Shown: piece after piece, positions 47,976-59,546 of the stretch | How positions within the stretch are numbered: position 1 is the stretch's first letter | How the letters are laid out: each line of letters opens with the position of its first letter | DNA from: Thermodesulfobacteriota bacterium | GTDB taxonomy: Bacteria; Desulfobacterota_D; UBA1144; Nemesobacterales; UBA2774 | NCBI GenBank assembly: GCA_965223335.1 | Contig: OZ244991.1 | Location: 480,001-544,000, forward strand | Direction: 5' to 3' | Length of the DNA: 64,000 bases | Translations under genes and position numbers: made by a program | The notes under the pieces: model-generated | What the model saw: only the letters and a program-made list of their open reading frames with translations | What the model was told of the DNA's origin: nothing | Database searches by the model: none

Positions 47976-49100
47976 ATGGTTGAAGAAAACCAAACCGATC
48001 AGTCAAGCGATCTGATCGGCATGAAGCAGTTGTTAGAGGCCGGGGTTCATTTCGGACATCAGATAAGCCACTGGAACCCGAAGATGAAGGAGTATATATT
48101 CGGGAGCAGAAACGGTATTCATATTATCGATTTACAACAGACCGTAACCCTATTCAAAAAAGCTTACAACTACACAAGGGATATTGTAGCAGAGGGTGGA
48201 AGAGTACTATTCGTAGGCACCAAAAAACAGGCTCAAGCCATAGTGTCAGAAGAAGCCACAAGGTGCCAGATGCCCTATGTCAACACAAGATGGCTCGGCG
48301 GCACACTCACCAACTTTCACACTATACGGGCACGTGTGGATTATTTGTTGGAGCTCAAAAAGCTCGAGGAAGAGGGGCAGATGGAGTTGCTGCCAAAAAA
48401 AGAGGCCAAGGGTCTAAAACGCGAGATACAGAAACTCGAATACCTGCTTGGGGGGGTTGTGGATATGAAAAATCTACCCCAGGCACTCTACGTTGTAGAT
48501 ACACGCAAAGAGCATATAGCCGTTAAAGAGGCAAGAAAGCTGGGCATACCCATAATCGCTGTGATTGATACTAACTCGGACCCGGCGGATGCAGACCTAA
48601 TTATCCCAAGCAACGACGACGCCATTAGGGCGATAAAACTATTTACCTCACGCATTGCAGACGCATGCATTGAAGGCACGCATATATTCGAGCAAAAACT
48701 ACAAGCCGGGGAAGTAGTAAAAGAAGCTGTGGAAGAAGCCCCTATAGTAGTAGAAAGAAAAGCGTTTGTATTCAAAGAGTTTGGGGAAGAGCAAGCCGAA
48801 ACCACATCGCTCACACCCGATACGGGTACCAATGGTTCTGCCACCCCAGCCGCTCAAATCACAGTTGACACACCCCAACCAGAGACAGCCGAACCCCCTG
48901 TACAAGAAGCAGCCGAGACTGAACAACCCGCACCCGAGCCAACCGAAACAGCGCAAGAGGCTGTGACTGAGACCGAGACTGCTGCCGAGGCCCCTAGCGA
49001 TACCCCACAAGCTGAGGAAACCCCGACCGAGGCCCCAGCAGAAGAACCACAAACCGACGAAGCAACCGAGACTAAGGAGGATGATTCTAACGATGGCTGA
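47976..49100 (+). CDS. rpsB: 30S ribosomal protein S2 with long acidic C-terminal tail
   Basis: [44 protein letters not shown]. Confidence 0.97.
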   Translation: MVEENQTDQSSDLIGMKQLLEAGVHFGHQISHWNPKMKEYIFGSRNGIHIIDLQQTVTLFKKAYNYTRDIVAEGGRVLFVGTKKQAQAIVSEEATRCQMPYVNTRWLGGTLTNFHTIRARVDYLLELKKLEEEGQMELLPKKEAKGLKREIQKLEYLLGGVVDMKNLPQALYVVDTRKEHIAVKEARKLGIPIIAVIDTNSDPADADLIIPSNDDAIRAIKLFTSRIADACIEGTHIFEQKLQAGEVVKEAVEEAPIVVERKAFVFKEFGEEQAETTSLTPDTGTNGSATPAAQITVDTPQPETAEPPVQEAAETEQPAPEPTETAQEAVTETETAAEAPSDTPQAEETPTEAPAEEPQTDEATETKEDDSNDG

Positions 49101-49704
49101 TATTACAGCACAAATGGTAAAAGAGATACGTGATATGACCGGGGCTCCGTTCATTGATTGTAAAAATGCACTTGAAGAGGTTGAGGGAGACTACGACAAA
49201 GCAGTAGAGATCCTGCGTATCAAAGGTGTGGCCAAAGCTTCAAAAAAGGCTGGCAGGGATACACCGGAAGGAGTCGTCACATCCTATATACACGGCGGCG
49301 GCAAGATCGGTGTTATGCTCGAGCTTAACTGCGAAACGGATTTCGTGGCCAGAAACGAAGAGTTTCAAGCTTTCGCCAAAGAGCTTGCAATGCAGGTAGC
49401 AGCTTCGAACCCCCGTTTTATTAGCAGAGAGGACATCCCCGAAGCCGAGCTCGCCAAAGAAAAAGAGGTTATGAAAGCCCAGGTAATAGAGTCGGGGAAA
49501 CCCGAGGACATTGCCGATAAAATAGTTCAGGGCAAGATCGAAAAGTTCTACGAGGAAGTATGCCTGCTCGACCAAACCTATATACGGGATACGAAACAAA
49601 GCATTGATGACATCCTCCAGGCTCTCATAGCTAAGGTGGGAGAAAACATCAAAATAAGTAGGTTCACCAGATACCAACTCGGAGAAGCTCTGGATAACGA
49701 TTAA
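49093..49704 (+). CDS. tsf: Elongation factor Ts (short form)
   Basis: [29 protein letters not shown] overlaps the rpsB end. Confidence 0.96.
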   Translation: MADITAQMVKEIRDMTGAPFIDCKNALEEVEGDYDKAVEILRIKGVAKASKKAGRDTPEGVVTSYIHGGGKIGVMLELNCETDFVARNEEFQAFAKELAMQVAASNPRFISREDIPEAELAKEKEVMKAQVIESGKPEDIADKIVQGKIEKFYEEVCLLDQTYIRDTKQSIDDILQALIAKVGENIKISRFTRYQLGEALDND

Positions 49705-49710
49705 AGCAAA

Positions 49711-50448
49711 ATGAGCGTACCAGACCCCATAAATAAACCCAGTTATAAGAGGGTTCTGCTTAAGTTAAGCGGTGAGGCCCTTCAGGGCAAAGAAGGGTTT
49801 GGGATCAATTCCAAAGAGATCGAGCGAATTTCAGACGAGATTGTAGAGGTCCACGGCCTGGGTGTAGAGATCGCTGTTGTCATAGGAGGCGGTAATATAT
49901 ACCGGGGGGTGCACGGGGCCGCCACAGGCATAGACCGATCCACGGCTGACTATATGGGTATGCTGGCTACCGTTATAAACGGGCTTGCACTCCAGGACTC
50001 GCTTGAAAGAAACGGTGTAGACACCAGAGTCCAGACTGCTTTAGAGATTAAACAGGTCGCAGAGCCCTATATCCGTAGACGCGCAGTCAGACACCTTGAG
50101 AAAAAACGAGTGGTAATATTCGCTGCCGGCACCGGCAACCCGTTCTTTACCACCGACACAGCAGCAACACTGCGCGCACTAGAGATTGGAGCCGATATAA
50201 TCCTAAAGGCAACCAAGGTTGATGGTGTATACGATAAAGACCCCATGCTCCATGACGATGCCACCAAGTTCGAACACCTCACCTATATGGACGTACTGAA
50301 GAAGGAACTTAAGGTCATGGACGCTACTGCAATATCATTGTGTATGCAGGGCAACATACCTATTATAGTATTCAACCTATTTGAACAGGGTAACGTCAAG
50401 AAGATAATTACGGGCACAAAGATAGGTACAATAGTGAGGGATAAATAA
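49711..50448 (+). CDS. pyrH: UMP kinase
   Basis: [32 protein letters not shown]. Confidence 0.97.
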   Translation: MSVPDPINKPSYKRVLLKLSGEALQGKEGFGINSKEIERISDEIVEVHGLGVEIAVVIGGGNIYRGVHGAATGIDRSTADYMGMLATVINGLALQDSLERNGVDTRVQTALEIKQVAEPYIRRRAVRHLEKKRVVIFAAGTGNPFFTTDTAATLRALEIGADIILKATKVDGVYDKDPMLHDDATKFEHLTYMDVLKKELKVMDATAISLCMQGNIPIIVFNLFEQGNVKKIITGTKIGTIVRDK

Positions 50449-50449
50449 A

Positions 50450-51022
50450 ATGTCAGAGGAATATAACGTAAAAGAGGTGTTATCGGATACAGACGCAAGA
50501 ATGAATAAATCTATAAACGTACTGGAATCCGAGTTTGCAAAGATCAGAACCGGCAGGGCTTCGGCGTCGCTTGTAGAGCACATTAAGGTTGATTATTACG
50601 GTACCGAGACCCCAATTAACCAGCTTGGGAACATATCCGTCCCAGAGTCAAAGACCATATTGATACAGCCCTGGGACGTGAGTGTTATCCCGGAGATTGA
50701 AAAAGCCATTATGAAATCCGACCTTGGTGTAACTCCATCTAACGACGGCAAGGTGGTGCGTATCTCCATCCCCGCGCTGACCGAGGAAAGAAGAAAAGAG
50801 CTTGTGAAGTACGTCGATAAAATCGCAGAGGAATACAGAGTTGCCATTAGGCAAATCAGAAAAGATATAAACAACCACCTAAAAATAGTCGAGAAAGAAC
50901 AGCATATATCAGAAGACGAGATCAAAAAAACTCATAGCAAGGTTCAAGATCTCACCGACAAATTCATTAAAGATATTAATGAAATTTTGGCAGCGAAAGA
51001 AAAAGAAATCCTAGAGGTTTAA
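50450..51022 (+). CDS. frr: Ribosome recycling factor
   Basis: IRTGRAS, DYYG, PALTEERRKELVK. Confidence 0.97.
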   Translation: MSEEYNVKEVLSDTDARMNKSINVLESEFAKIRTGRASASLVEHIKVDYYGTETPINQLGNISVPESKTILIQPWDVSVIPEIEKAIMKSDLGVTPSNDGKVVRISIPALTEERRKELVKYVDKIAEEYRVAIRQIRKDINNHLKIVEKEQHISEDEIKKTHSKVQDLTDKFIKDINEILAAKEKEILEV

Positions 51023-51121
51023 ACAACTTTTTGATACACTAAATATTAGATTGGCAATTACAATATATTGCAATAGGGTAATCTTAAGTTTGTAAGTTCA
51101 ACTATCGGGCCATAGCATATT

Positions 51122-51367
51122 ATGAGAGATATGTTTGCCAATTTCTTTTCCTATCTATTCATGAGCACCATTGTACTTGCGATGCTCGCGGCGTTCGGTG
51201 CTATTATTGTGTTGATACGCAGTTTGTTGGCCACTATCAGTCCCCGAGAGGTAAATTTAGGGTTCCTTTTTCTATATATATTCTTCGCTTGTGTTATATT
51301 AGCCCCTACATTCTTCTATATAGCCAACCGACTGGAAAAGCACAGTGGACGTATAGACGAAGTCTAA
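51122..51367 (+). CDS. Small membrane protein (2 TM)
   Basis: 81 aa with two clear hydrophobic helices in an otherwise empty gap. Confidence 0.6.
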   Translation: MRDMFANFFSYLFMSTIVLAMLAAFGAIIVLIRSLLATISPREVNLGFLFLYIFFACVILAPTFFYIANRLEKHSGRIDEV

Positions 51368-51591
51368 TATAGAATATTACACGCCCGAAAAACCTGCCTA
51401 TTCATTCCCGAGTGTTTTGGACATATACTTATGTATACTTTTTAGATGGTTATGTTTGATGAGAGATAGCCGTGTAATGCTATATTAACGATGAGGATCT
51501 CAGATTCTAAGTCGGAAGAAGATAGCTCGAATTACTGCGCGACTACATTCAAGATACGAGTACTTATACATTGAGCCACGAAAGAGATTCT

Positions 51592-53544
51592 ATGGATAAA
51601 GCCGTTAAAGTTAAAGATCGCAGAGGGTCATCAGAACCGCTCAGCAGTAAATCCGATGTATTTAAATCAATTGCTGATATATCGAACGATATTATCATCG
51701 TAATACAGGGCAACCGATTCAAATACGTGAACCTGACCGGCTTAAATTTGTTCGGCTATACAGAAGACGAGATGCTTAGCTTTAATGTAATGGACATACT
51801 CTCGCCTGATTGCCGAGCGCTATATTTAGATAATCAACAAAAGACCATGGCAGGCAAAGACGTCCCGCCTTATGAACTCGATATCCAGTGTAGAAACGAA
51901 AAATATATAAAACTGAGCTGCGAGCACACCCTATCTAAACATGTCGATGAACCGGCTCTTATAATAACGAGCAGGTTCATAAGCTCAGAGGATACAAACC
52001 AAGAACAAGAGGCTTTGATGCTTGCCGCTGCCGTTAAAAGCCTGCATTCCGCCATCACAATCACAGACATGAACAGAAAAATCACCTATGTGAACCAGGC
52101 GCATAAAAACATATTCGGTTACGACCCGGACGAGCTGATAGGGAAACAAAGCAATATCCTTTACCCGTTCGATGACCCCTCGGGGATAAGCAAAAAAATC
52201 TACGACGCGATCCTAATGGTGGGCTGGCAAGGTGAGAGGTTGGGTGTTAGAAAAAACGGTCAGGTTTTCGCAGCCTATGAAAAAACCTCGGTTGTAAAAG
52301 ATCAAGACGGGGACAAAGTCGGCATAGTCTCGGTCGTGGATGACATCTCGAACAGAAAGAAATTAGAGCAGGCCCTAAAAGAATCGGAGGAGCGTTATAG
52401 AACACTTATAGAGACGGCAAAAAGCTCTATAATTGCTGTGGATGAAGACAACAAAATACTCCTTGCAAACCCATCTGCAGAGAAACTCTTTGGGTTCACA
52501 ACAGAGGAGTTCAAAGAAAAAGAGTTTGAACAACTCATATCTAGCCGGTATAGAGATGTTTACCGCTCGGTAGTAATAGATAGCGAGAACCCCGCATTGA
52601 CGTCTAAGCACGGGCAATCATACGAGCTCTACGGGCTCACGAAGGACGGGATTGAATTCCCGATCGAGGTTTCATTCTCCTCTTGCAAAATCGAGGGGGC
52701 AAGAATTATTACAGCAATAATCTTTGATATAACCGAGCGTAAGAACCTACAAGAGCAGCTTGTGCAGTCGGCCAAACTAGCAGCTGTGGGAGAACTCATC
52801 TCTGGTGTTACACACGAGGTCAACAACCCGCTTGCAATAGTAATCGGATACTCGGAGATGGTACTCTCGGAATCAAAACTCGACGAAGACACTCAAACCA
52901 GCTTAAAGCTTATCAATTCACAAGCCGAACAAGCGAGGAAAGTTATACAAAACCTGCTATCTTTTGCTAGAAAACATGAATTAGAAAAACAGCTCATTAA
53001 TATAAACGATGTAGTTCACAACACCCTTCATCTCACCGATTATGAACTCAAAAAAAATAAGATCACAACAGAAAAAGACCTTGATCCAGACATTCCCCTT
53101 GTGCTGGGCGACCCAAACCAGCTACAACAAGTGTTCTTGAACCTTATCATTAATGCAGAACACGCAATGGATGAGACAGATCATGATAATTATATAAAGA
53201 TTGTAACTAGAGTTAAACCCGAAAATCACAAGAGCACTGACTCAGAAGAAGACCGCATTCAAATTATATTTGAAGACACGGGCCCCGGTATTTCTGAAAA
53301 CAACCTCCAGAAGATATTCGACCCCTTCTTCACCACAAAGCCATCGGGCAAAGGCACGGGGTTAGGCCTATCCGTATCGTTTGGGATAATAAAAGATCAT
53401 AATGGCGAAATATTCGCGGAGAGCATAGAGGGCCAAGGAACAAAATTCATAATAGAGCTCCCCGTAACAAAATCAGATAAAACCAGTAATGAGACTGATA
53501 CGGCTGCGGAGCAAACGGACTCGGAGACCCCGGACCCCAATTGA
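51592..53544 (+). CDS. Cytoplasmic PAS-domain sensor histidine kinase (NtrB-like)
   Basis: Three PAS-like segments; HEVNNPL; QVFLNLIINA; DTGPG; FDPFFTTK..GTGLGL; no TM helix. Confidence 0.92.
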   Translation: MDKAVKVKDRRGSSEPLSSKSDVFKSIADISNDIIIVIQGNRFKYVNLTGLNLFGYTEDEMLSFNVMDILSPDCRALYLDNQQKTMAGKDVPPYELDIQCRNEKYIKLSCEHTLSKHVDEPALIITSRFISSEDTNQEQEALMLAAAVKSLHSAITITDMNRKITYVNQAHKNIFGYDPDELIGKQSNILYPFDDPSGISKKIYDAILMVGWQGERLGVRKNGQVFAAYEKTSVVKDQDGDKVGIVSVVDDISNRKKLEQALKESEERYRTLIETAKSSIIAVDEDNKILLANPSAEKLFGFTTEEFKEKEFEQLISSRYRDVYRSVVIDSENPALTSKHGQSYELYGLTKDGIEFPIEVSFSSCKIEGARIITAIIFDITERKNLQEQLVQSAKLAAVGELISGVTHEVNNPLAIVIGYSEMVLSESKLDEDTQTSLKLINSQAEQARKVIQNLLSFARKHELEKQLININDVVHNTLHLTDYELKKNKITTEKDLDPDIPLVLGDPNQLQQVFLNLIINAEHAMDETDHDNYIKIVTRVKPENHKSTDSEEDRIQIIFEDTGPGISENNLQKIFDPFFTTKPSGKGTGLGLSVSFGIIKDHNGEIFAESIEGQGTKFIIELPVTKSDKTSNETDTAAEQTDSETPDPN

Positions 53545-53570
53545 GTTGTCGATTAAAATATATTCCTGAC

Positions 53571-54851
53571 CTAGACCGATATCTGATCCATCCCACCCAT
53601 ATAAGGCACAAGCACCCCAGGAATCCTGACAGAGCCGTCGGGTTGTTGGCAGTTCTCGAGTATAGCAATTACAGTCCTGCCCACAGCAAGCCCCGAACCG
53701 TTTAAGGTATGTACATACCTTGCTTTACCACCGCCTGAGGGGCGGTAACGTATTGAAGCCCTACGGGCTTGGAAGTCCTCGAAATTGCTGCAGGACGAGA
53801 TCTCCCTGTAGGTATCTTCACTGGGTATCCAAACCTCTATATCGTATGTCTTTGCAGACGAGAACCCCATATCGCCTGTGCTCAGCACCATTACCCTGTA
53901 CGGGAGCTCCAAGAGGTCAAGCACGCGTGCTGCATTGTTTGTGAGCGACTCGAGCTCATCGTATGAATTCTCTGGGATAGACAACTTGACTAATTCGACC
54001 TTATTGAACTGGTGCTGCCGCATTATTCCCCTCACATCCTTTCCGTATGAGCCGGCCTCACTCCTAAAACAGGGTGTGTACGCCACATATCTCTTTGTGA
54101 GCTCCTCTTGGGCCAGGATCTCGTCACGATGTATATTTGTCACCGGCACCTCAGCAGTAGGTATGAGGTAGTAGTCGGTGCCCTCGAGCTTAAACAGGTC
54201 CTCTTCAAATTTCGGCAGGTTCCCGGTCCCGATAAAACTATCGCTATTAGCAACAAACGGAGGCAGCACCTCAACGTAGCTGTGCTCTTTGGTATGGAGA
54301 TCAAGCATAAAGTTTATAAGAGCTCTCTCTAACCGTGCCCCCACACCTTTGTACAAGGCAAACCGTGCCCCGGTAATTTTAGCAGCACGGTCAAGGTCGA
54401 GTATATCGAGTGCGGTGCCGAGCTCGACATGATCCTTGGGTTCAAAATCAAACACTCTGGGATCTCCCGATCTCCTAATCTCTTGGTTAGAGCTCTCATC
54501 ACTCCCCACGGGGACTGAGTCATTGGGAATGTTGGGTACGGTGAGTAAAAAATCCCGATATGCGCTCTCAATTGTTTTTCTCTCCTCACCCAGCACCTTT
54601 ACTTTTTCAGAAATCTCTCTCATCTCGGCCTGGAGCCGGGAGGCTTGTTCATCCTCACCTGCCCTTTTTAGCTCGCCTACTTTCTTTGAGCCCTCATTTC
54701 TTTTGCGCTCCAAATTCTCTACTTCGGCAATAATGCTACGCCTCTTTTGATTAAGATTATCAAACAAGTCGAAGTCGATCTCTGCACCGCGTTGGGCCAT
54801 TTTCGTTTTCACTTTCTCAAGCTCTTGCTCTATTCTCTTCGGATCTATCAT
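53571..54851 (-). CDS. serS: Seryl-tRNA synthetase
   Basis: N-terminal coiled coil, [40 protein letters not shown]. Confidence 0.97.
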   Translation of the reverse strand: MIDPKRIEQELEKVKTKMAQRGAEIDFDLFDNLNQKRRSIIAEVENLERKRNEGSKKVGELKRAGEDEQASRLQAEMREISEKVKVLGEERKTIESAYRDFLLTVPNIPNDSVPVGSDESSNQEIRRSGDPRVFDFEPKDHVELGTALDILDLDRAAKITGARFALYKGVGARLERALINFMLDLHTKEHSYVEVLPPFVANSDSFIGTGNLPKFEEDLFKLEGTDYYLIPTAEVPVTNIHRDEILAQEELTKRYVAYTPCFRSEAGSYGKDVRGIMRQHQFNKVELVKLSIPENSYDELESLTNNAARVLDLLELPYRVMVLSTGDMGFSSAKTYDIEVWIPSEDTYREISSCSNFEDFQARRASIRYRPSGGGKARYVHTLNGSGLAVGRTVIAILENCQQPDGSVRIPGVLVPYMGGMDQISV

Positions 54852-54853
54852 TT

Positions 54854-56293
54854 TTATCCCTTAATAACTCCAATCGGTCTTAGTTTTGCTACCTTCTTTG
54901 CTATTCCGGCGTTATGTACGATATCACAAACATCCTCTGCATGTTTGTAGGCATAGGGCATCTCCTCAGCCAATGTCTTCTTGCCGCGTGCAACCACCTT
55001 AACACCCATTTTTTCCATCTCCCCAAACAGGTCTCTCCCCTTTCCCTCCTTAAGTGCTTTATGCCTAGACATGAGTCTCCCGGCACCATGACAACATGTA
55101 CCGAAGGTTTCATCCAAAGCCGCCTCCGTGCCCACCATCACATAAGACACCCTACCCATATCGCCCGGGATAAACACCGGTTGCCCCACGTCTCTATACA
55201 TTTTTGGGACCAGTTTATGGCCCTTGGGAAATGCACGGGTGGCCCCTTTACGATGAACGCAGACCTCTTTCATTCTTCCATCTATATTGTGTTTTTCAAA
55301 TTTTGCAATGTTATGACTTACATCGTAGACCAGGTGTGTGCCCAGATTATCGGGACTGATACCGTAGATTCTGCTAATGGATTCCCTGGCCCTGTGCATT
55401 ATTACCTGGCGGTTGTTCCATGCATAGTTCACCGCAGCCGAAAAGGCCGAGAGGTACTCTTTTCCCTCTTTGGACCTTATGTGAGCACAGGCGAGTTGCT
55501 TGTCGGGCAGGACCATCCCCTCACGCCTCATATACTCCAACATCCGCTCTATATAGTCGGTGCATACCTGGTGGCCAAACCCCCTAGACCCCGAGTGTAT
55601 AAGCACACAAACCTGCCCCTCACGGATACCGAACGCCCGTGCCACCTCTTCGTCGTGAACATTATCTACAACGTCAATTTCAAGAAAATGGTTCCCGGAG
55701 CCAAGTGTGCCCAGTTGCTTCTTTCCCCTCTTGAGCGCTCTTTGGCTAAGCGTGTTTAGATCTGCCCCGGGCATGGTACCCCTGTCTTCTATAGTTTCCA
55801 GGTCTGTATCATAACCAAACCCGTTCTCAACAGCCCACCCTGCTCCATTGGAAAAAATACGTTTGTAGTCGTCTCTAGACAACTTAATCTGCCCCTCAAC
55901 CCCGGGCCCACAGGGAATGGTTCTATACAGATCCTGTAGCAACTCACCCAGGCGCACACGTACCTCGTTCTCTGTCATATCGGTGGACATCAACCTTACC
56001 CCGCAGTTGATGTCATATCCCACTCCACCTGGCGAGATCACCCCCGACTCAACATCAAACGCCGCCACACCCCCGATCGGGAAACCATAGCCCCAATGCA
56101 CATCGGGCATTGCGATGGAGTATTTCTGGATACCGGGGAGATGCGCTACGTTAACGACCTGCTCAAGGGCTTTGTCCTCTCTTATGCTTTTTAGCATGAG
56201 GCTATCGGCATATACCCTGCCCGGCACCAGCATCCCGCCGTGGGGGGGTATCTCCCAAAGCCTCTCGTGGATTTTCACCAGATTCATGGCCAT
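54854..56293 (-). CDS. rtcB: RNA ligase RtcB (long, archaeal/eukaryal-like type)
   Basis: [51 protein letters not shown]. Confidence 0.95.
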   Translation of the reverse strand: MAMNLVKIHERLWEIPPHGGMLVPGRVYADSLMLKSIREDKALEQVVNVAHLPGIQKYSIAMPDVHWGYGFPIGGVAAFDVESGVISPGGVGYDINCGVRLMSTDMTENEVRVRLGELLQDLYRTIPCGPGVEGQIKLSRDDYKRIFSNGAGWAVENGFGYDTDLETIEDRGTMPGADLNTLSQRALKRGKKQLGTLGSGNHFLEIDVVDNVHDEEVARAFGIREGQVCVLIHSGSRGFGHQVCTDYIERMLEYMRREGMVLPDKQLACAHIRSKEGKEYLSAFSAAVNYAWNNRQVIMHRARESISRIYGISPDNLGTHLVYDVSHNIAKFEKHNIDGRMKEVCVHRKGATRAFPKGHKLVPKMYRDVGQPVFIPGDMGRVSYVMVGTEAALDETFGTCCHGAGRLMSRHKALKEGKGRDLFGEMEKMGVKVVARGKKTLAEEMPYAYKHAEDVCDIVHNAGIAKKVAKLRPIGVIKG

Positions 56294-56330
56294 ATATAAA
56301 TCTATTTATTTCAATTCTTTAGTCCCTGCT

Positions 56331-56744
56331 TCATACATCAAACACTATATCCACCACCAATCTGTCCCCGGATCTTGATATGTTCATATTGTGATATGTC
56401 ACGGCTTTGATATCGAGGTTGATCTCGTGTTTATTCGAATCAAAAGCCTCACCCCTACATATTACACTAATATCAGTCTCACTCTTAATCTCTACCTCCG
56501 CGTCCGAGAATATAATCCTCTCGGTCTCAAACAAAAATAGAATTTCGTTCAATAGTCTCACCAGCTTTATCTCGTCTGTTTCCCCGGTAATTGTAATAAG
56601 TCGGACCTCATGACAATCGACCTTGCTCCTCTCGGTCATTAGTTCCAACATAGCATTAGCCGCATTTTGAAGCAGTTGCTCTAAGGTATCCCCAAACACA
56701 CGTATCCTCAGATCGGCGGTATGTTCTAATACACAAAATTCCAT
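56331..56744 (-). CDS. Archease (RtcB activator)
   Basis: EHTAD, IKAVTYH, C-terminal VFDV; directly upstream of rtcB. Confidence 0.93.
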   Translation of the reverse strand: MEFCVLEHTADLRIRVFGDTLEQLLQNAANAMLELMTERSKVDCHEVRLITITGETDEIKLVRLLNEILFLFETERIIFSDAEVEIKSETDISVICRGEAFDSNKHEINLDIKAVTYHNMNISRSGDRLVVDIVFDV

Positions 56745-56924
56745 TAGCAGATCCCCATCATTCAGCCCCGTATTATTTAGGCAATATAGATATTTACCAT
56801 CCCATGATCACCCATACTTTTAGATGAGTATAATCAATAACAGTCCAAAGAAGCAAAAACAGCCAAACAGTTGGAAAAAGTACAATAACAAAAATGAGAC
56901 TTGGAACATGAATATTGACAATGA

Positions 56925-56971
56925 GCGACAAAATTTGTCGCCTATATCGATCAATTACAAAATATTGTCGC
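56925..56971. promoter_or_regulatory. Tandem palindromic operator (putative enhancer-binding-protein UAS)
   Basis: GCGACAAA-A-TTTGTCGC (56925-56941), and a second site ending TTGTCGC 30 bp later. Confidence 0.6.
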
Positions 56972-57031
56972 AACTTTAAGCAATAGCATTTGTAACTGTC
57001 TGTTATCACTGCCTAATATATTATCATCGCA

Positions 57032-57047
57032 TGGCATATATATTGCT
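57032..57047 (+). promoter_or_regulatory. Sigma-54 (-24/-12) promoter
   Basis: TGGCATATATATTGCT = GG-N10-GC, with TGGCA and TTGCT consensus halves, about 75 nt before the subtilase start. Confidence 0.7.
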
Positions 57048-57123
57048 AAATATGTATCTTAACAACAATTATGTGACAAATATCAACAAGAAAAGATAAT
57101 AAAACACCTTTTGGAGGGTAAAG

Positions 57124-59379
57124 ATGATGGGTCTTTATGTTAACAAAAGTTTTCAAATTACAATAGCGTTTCTCATGCTATTGCTTATTTCAGCAGGTTA
57201 TTCCAATTCCCAGACACAAGACGACTATGTAGAGGACGAATTAATAATCAAGGTACGTCCGTCGGCTGACAGAGCTGATGTCGAAGAAATCTTGGATAGA
57301 GAAAACCTTGAAGAAGAGAAGGATTTCGAGGAACTCGATATAATCGTTGTTACAGTTGAAGAGGGGGAGTCACTTGAGGACAAGATAGACGAACTGCTAG
57401 ATGACCCCGATGTCGAATATGTAGAGAGAAACTATATTGTTTACGCGTCCGCGACACCCAATGACAGATACCTAACCTATCAGAACTACTTAAGTGTTAT
57501 TGATGCATTTGAGGCCTGGGACACCGAGATCGGAAGCTCGGACGTGGTAATCGCTGTTGCCGATACGGGTGTGGACAGCGGACACCAGGACCTAAGCGGC
57601 AAAGTACTCTCGGGGTGTAATGTGCTCAGTAGCTTTACAAATGAGAACTGCAGCAGTAATACCAGTGATGTGCACGGTCACGGAACGGGTGTGGCAGGTA
57701 CTGCTGCATCAAAAACCAACAACAGCCTCGGAGTAGCCGGGCTATGTTGGGGCTGCTCGATTCTGCCGATTAAAGTGCTCGGAGACAACGGATCCGGTTC
57801 GAACACTGATGTCATAGAAGGCATACTATTTGCTCGTGATTACGCATTGGCCAACCCGCACCAGAAAGTTGTCCTTAACCTAAGTCTTGGCCGTACTTGT
57901 ACATCGGGCCCGACACAGAGCGAGCAGAATGCAATCAACCTAGCATGGGCAAGTGGAGTGCTTGTGGTGGCAGCCGCGGGTAATGACGGAGATAGCCTGC
58001 CGCACTGCCCCGCATCGGCTAACAATGTAATAGCCGTATCGGCCACAACAAATTCAGACACACTGGCTTCGTTCTCTAATTTCGGCAACTATATCGATGT
58101 TGCGGCGCCGGGTGTAAACATAGCAAACACTTACCCTGGAAACTCTTATGTGTACTGGTCAGGGACCTCGTTCTCCTCGCCTATCGTAGCCGGTATCGCA
58201 GGACTAATCTGGTCAGCTAACCCTACACTGAGCAATTCTCAGGTTGAAGATATATTAAAAGAAGGAGCAGATAACATAGGCTCATCGTTCTATTACGGCA
58301 GCGGTAGAGTAAACGCTAACGCAAGCGTGTTAGCCGCAGGTGAAGGCCCAAGCCCAACACCCGCACCCACACCGGTACCGACCCCGACTCCTACCCCTGC
58401 TCCGACTCCGGCACCTACACCAGCTCCCACACCCTCACCATCTCCTGGCCCCACACCGGCTCCGACTCCTACACCGGCACCCCCGCAAGGCGGCAATACT
58501 ACCCTACATCCATTGAGTCCAGGCACGGCCGGCAGCGTAAGCACGCTTTCCGTTACAGGTGCCACACCAGGGGCTGTAGTTACATTTAAATACTCCGTTG
58601 CTACTGGCACCTATCAAATTACAAGCGGTGCATGCGCAGGCGAATCGTTCGATATTAGAAGCCCAGTAACAATCGGCAGTGATGTCGCCGATGAAAGCGG
58701 AACCGCTGCTATAGATATATCATTGTCATCGAATCTAAACGGTTTCACACTACATATGCAGGCACAGGTAGTTGAGGGATCGAACTGCGAGATAACCAAT
58801 CGCGTCACACAAACAATCGGTACTACACCGACACCGACTCCGGCTCCTACTCCTGCTCCGACTCCAGCACCTACTCCTGCTCCGACTCCAGCACCTACTC
58901 CTGCTCCGACTCCGGCACCTACTCCTGCTCCGACTCCGGCACCTACTCCTACTCCGACTCCGGCACCGACTCCTGCTCCGACTCCGGCACCGACTCCTGC
59001 TCCGACTCCGGCACCTACTCCTACTCCCACACCTCCACCTAACCCCGGCGGAGACCCGGTATTTGAACAGATAACACCCGGACAAGCAGGTTTTACAAAC
59101 ACACTCAAAGTAACAGGGCTCGTACCGGGATCAGTAGTGAAATTCCACTACTCCCTTAGGACCGGTTCACAGGTTATATATGGCGGAGTATGTGACGGAG
59201 AGACACTCGATCTAAGCGGCTCACGTCAACTAGGTCAAACTACTGCAAATTCTAATGGAGATGCTATAGTCAATGTTTTTGTACCGTCATCCTTTGCGGG
59301 ATACACAATCCACTTCCAGGCGGAAATTGCAGAAAACACAAATTGTATAATCTCAAATGTAGTATCTGAAATTTTTTAG
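57124..59379 (+). CDS. Secreted S8 subtilase with Pro/Thr linkers and duplicated C-terminal beta domain
   Basis: Signal peptide, acidic prodomain, triad VADTG / HGHGT / GTSFSSP, oxyanion AAGN; GGAGGG RBS. Confidence 0.92.
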   Translation: MMGLYVNKSFQITIAFLMLLLISAGYSNSQTQDDYVEDELIIKVRPSADRADVEEILDRENLEEEKDFEELDIIVVTVEEGESLEDKIDELLDDPDVEYVERNYIVYASATPNDRYLTYQNYLSVIDAFEAWDTEIGSSDVVIAVADTGVDSGHQDLSGKVLSGCNVLSSFTNENCSSNTSDVHGHGTGVAGTAASKTNNSLGVAGLCWGCSILPIKVLGDNGSGSNTDVIEGILFARDYALANPHQKVVLNLSLGRTCTSGPTQSEQNAINLAWASGVLVVAAAGNDGDSLPHCPASANNVIAVSATTNSDTLASFSNFGNYIDVAAPGVNIANTYPGNSYVYWSGTSFSSPIVAGIAGLIWSANPTLSNSQVEDILKEGADNIGSSFYYGSGRVNANASVLAAGEGPSPTPAPTPVPTPTPTPAPTPAPTPAPTPSPSPGPTPAPTPTPAPPQGGNTTLHPLSPGTAGSVSTLSVTGATPGAVVTFKYSVATGTYQITSGACAGESFDIRSPVTIGSDVADESGTAAIDISLSSNLNGFTLHMQAQVVEGSNCEITNRVTQTIGTTPTPTPAPTPAPTPAPTPAPTPAPTPAPTPAPTPAPTPAPTPTPTPAPTPAPTPAPTPAPTPAPTPTPTPPPNPGGDPVFEQITPGQAGFTNTLKVTGLVPGSVVKFHYSLRTGSQVIYGGVCDGETLDLSGSRQLGQTTANSNGDAIVNVFVPSSFAGYTIHFQAEIAENTNCIISNVVSEIF
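58347..58485 (+). repeat. Degenerate Pro-Thr-Pro-Ala coding repeat (linker 1)
   Basis: Encodes [22 protein letters not shown]... Confidence 0.8.
58834..59025 (+). repeat. 8 x 24-bp tandem repeat encoding PTPAPTPA (linker 2)
   Basis: Consensus ccgactccggcacctactcctgct; every unit within one substitution of it; no spacers. Confidence 0.92.
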
Positions 59380-59546
59380 TTGATCTATAATTTTGAACAG
59401 TATTCACAGGGGCGCTTTTAATATTAAAACCTTGAAGCGCCCTCCATCATATCTGAGACCATGTATTTCTACATTCCCATAATTATGACAAGCACAGTAT
59501 CCTTGCAACTTGACACTGTTTCTTTTATCAAAATAATATAACTTCA

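Noticed and set aside
54914..55759. Long antisense ORFs (281 aa opposite rtcB, 241 aa opposite etfB, and many shorter ones)
   Set aside because: They lie within well-supported genes and have no recognisable motifs or RBS.
56794..57009. 71-aa hydrophobic ORF between archease and the subtilase
   Set aside because: No RBS, AT-rich, and it overlaps the palindromic operator; better read as regulatory DNA.
58834..59025. Regular 24-bp repeats as a possible CRISPR array
   Set aside because: Units are contiguous with no unique spacers, lie in frame in the subtilase and encode PTPA; no cas genes are present.
58614..59108. Antisense ORFs rich in GVGA or RSRC repeats
   Set aside because: They are shadows of the PTPA repeat on the other strand.
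59408..59445. Hairpin GGGCGCTT/AAGCGCCC after the subtilase as an intrinsic terminator
   Set aside because: Large loop and no U-tract; possible but not supportable.
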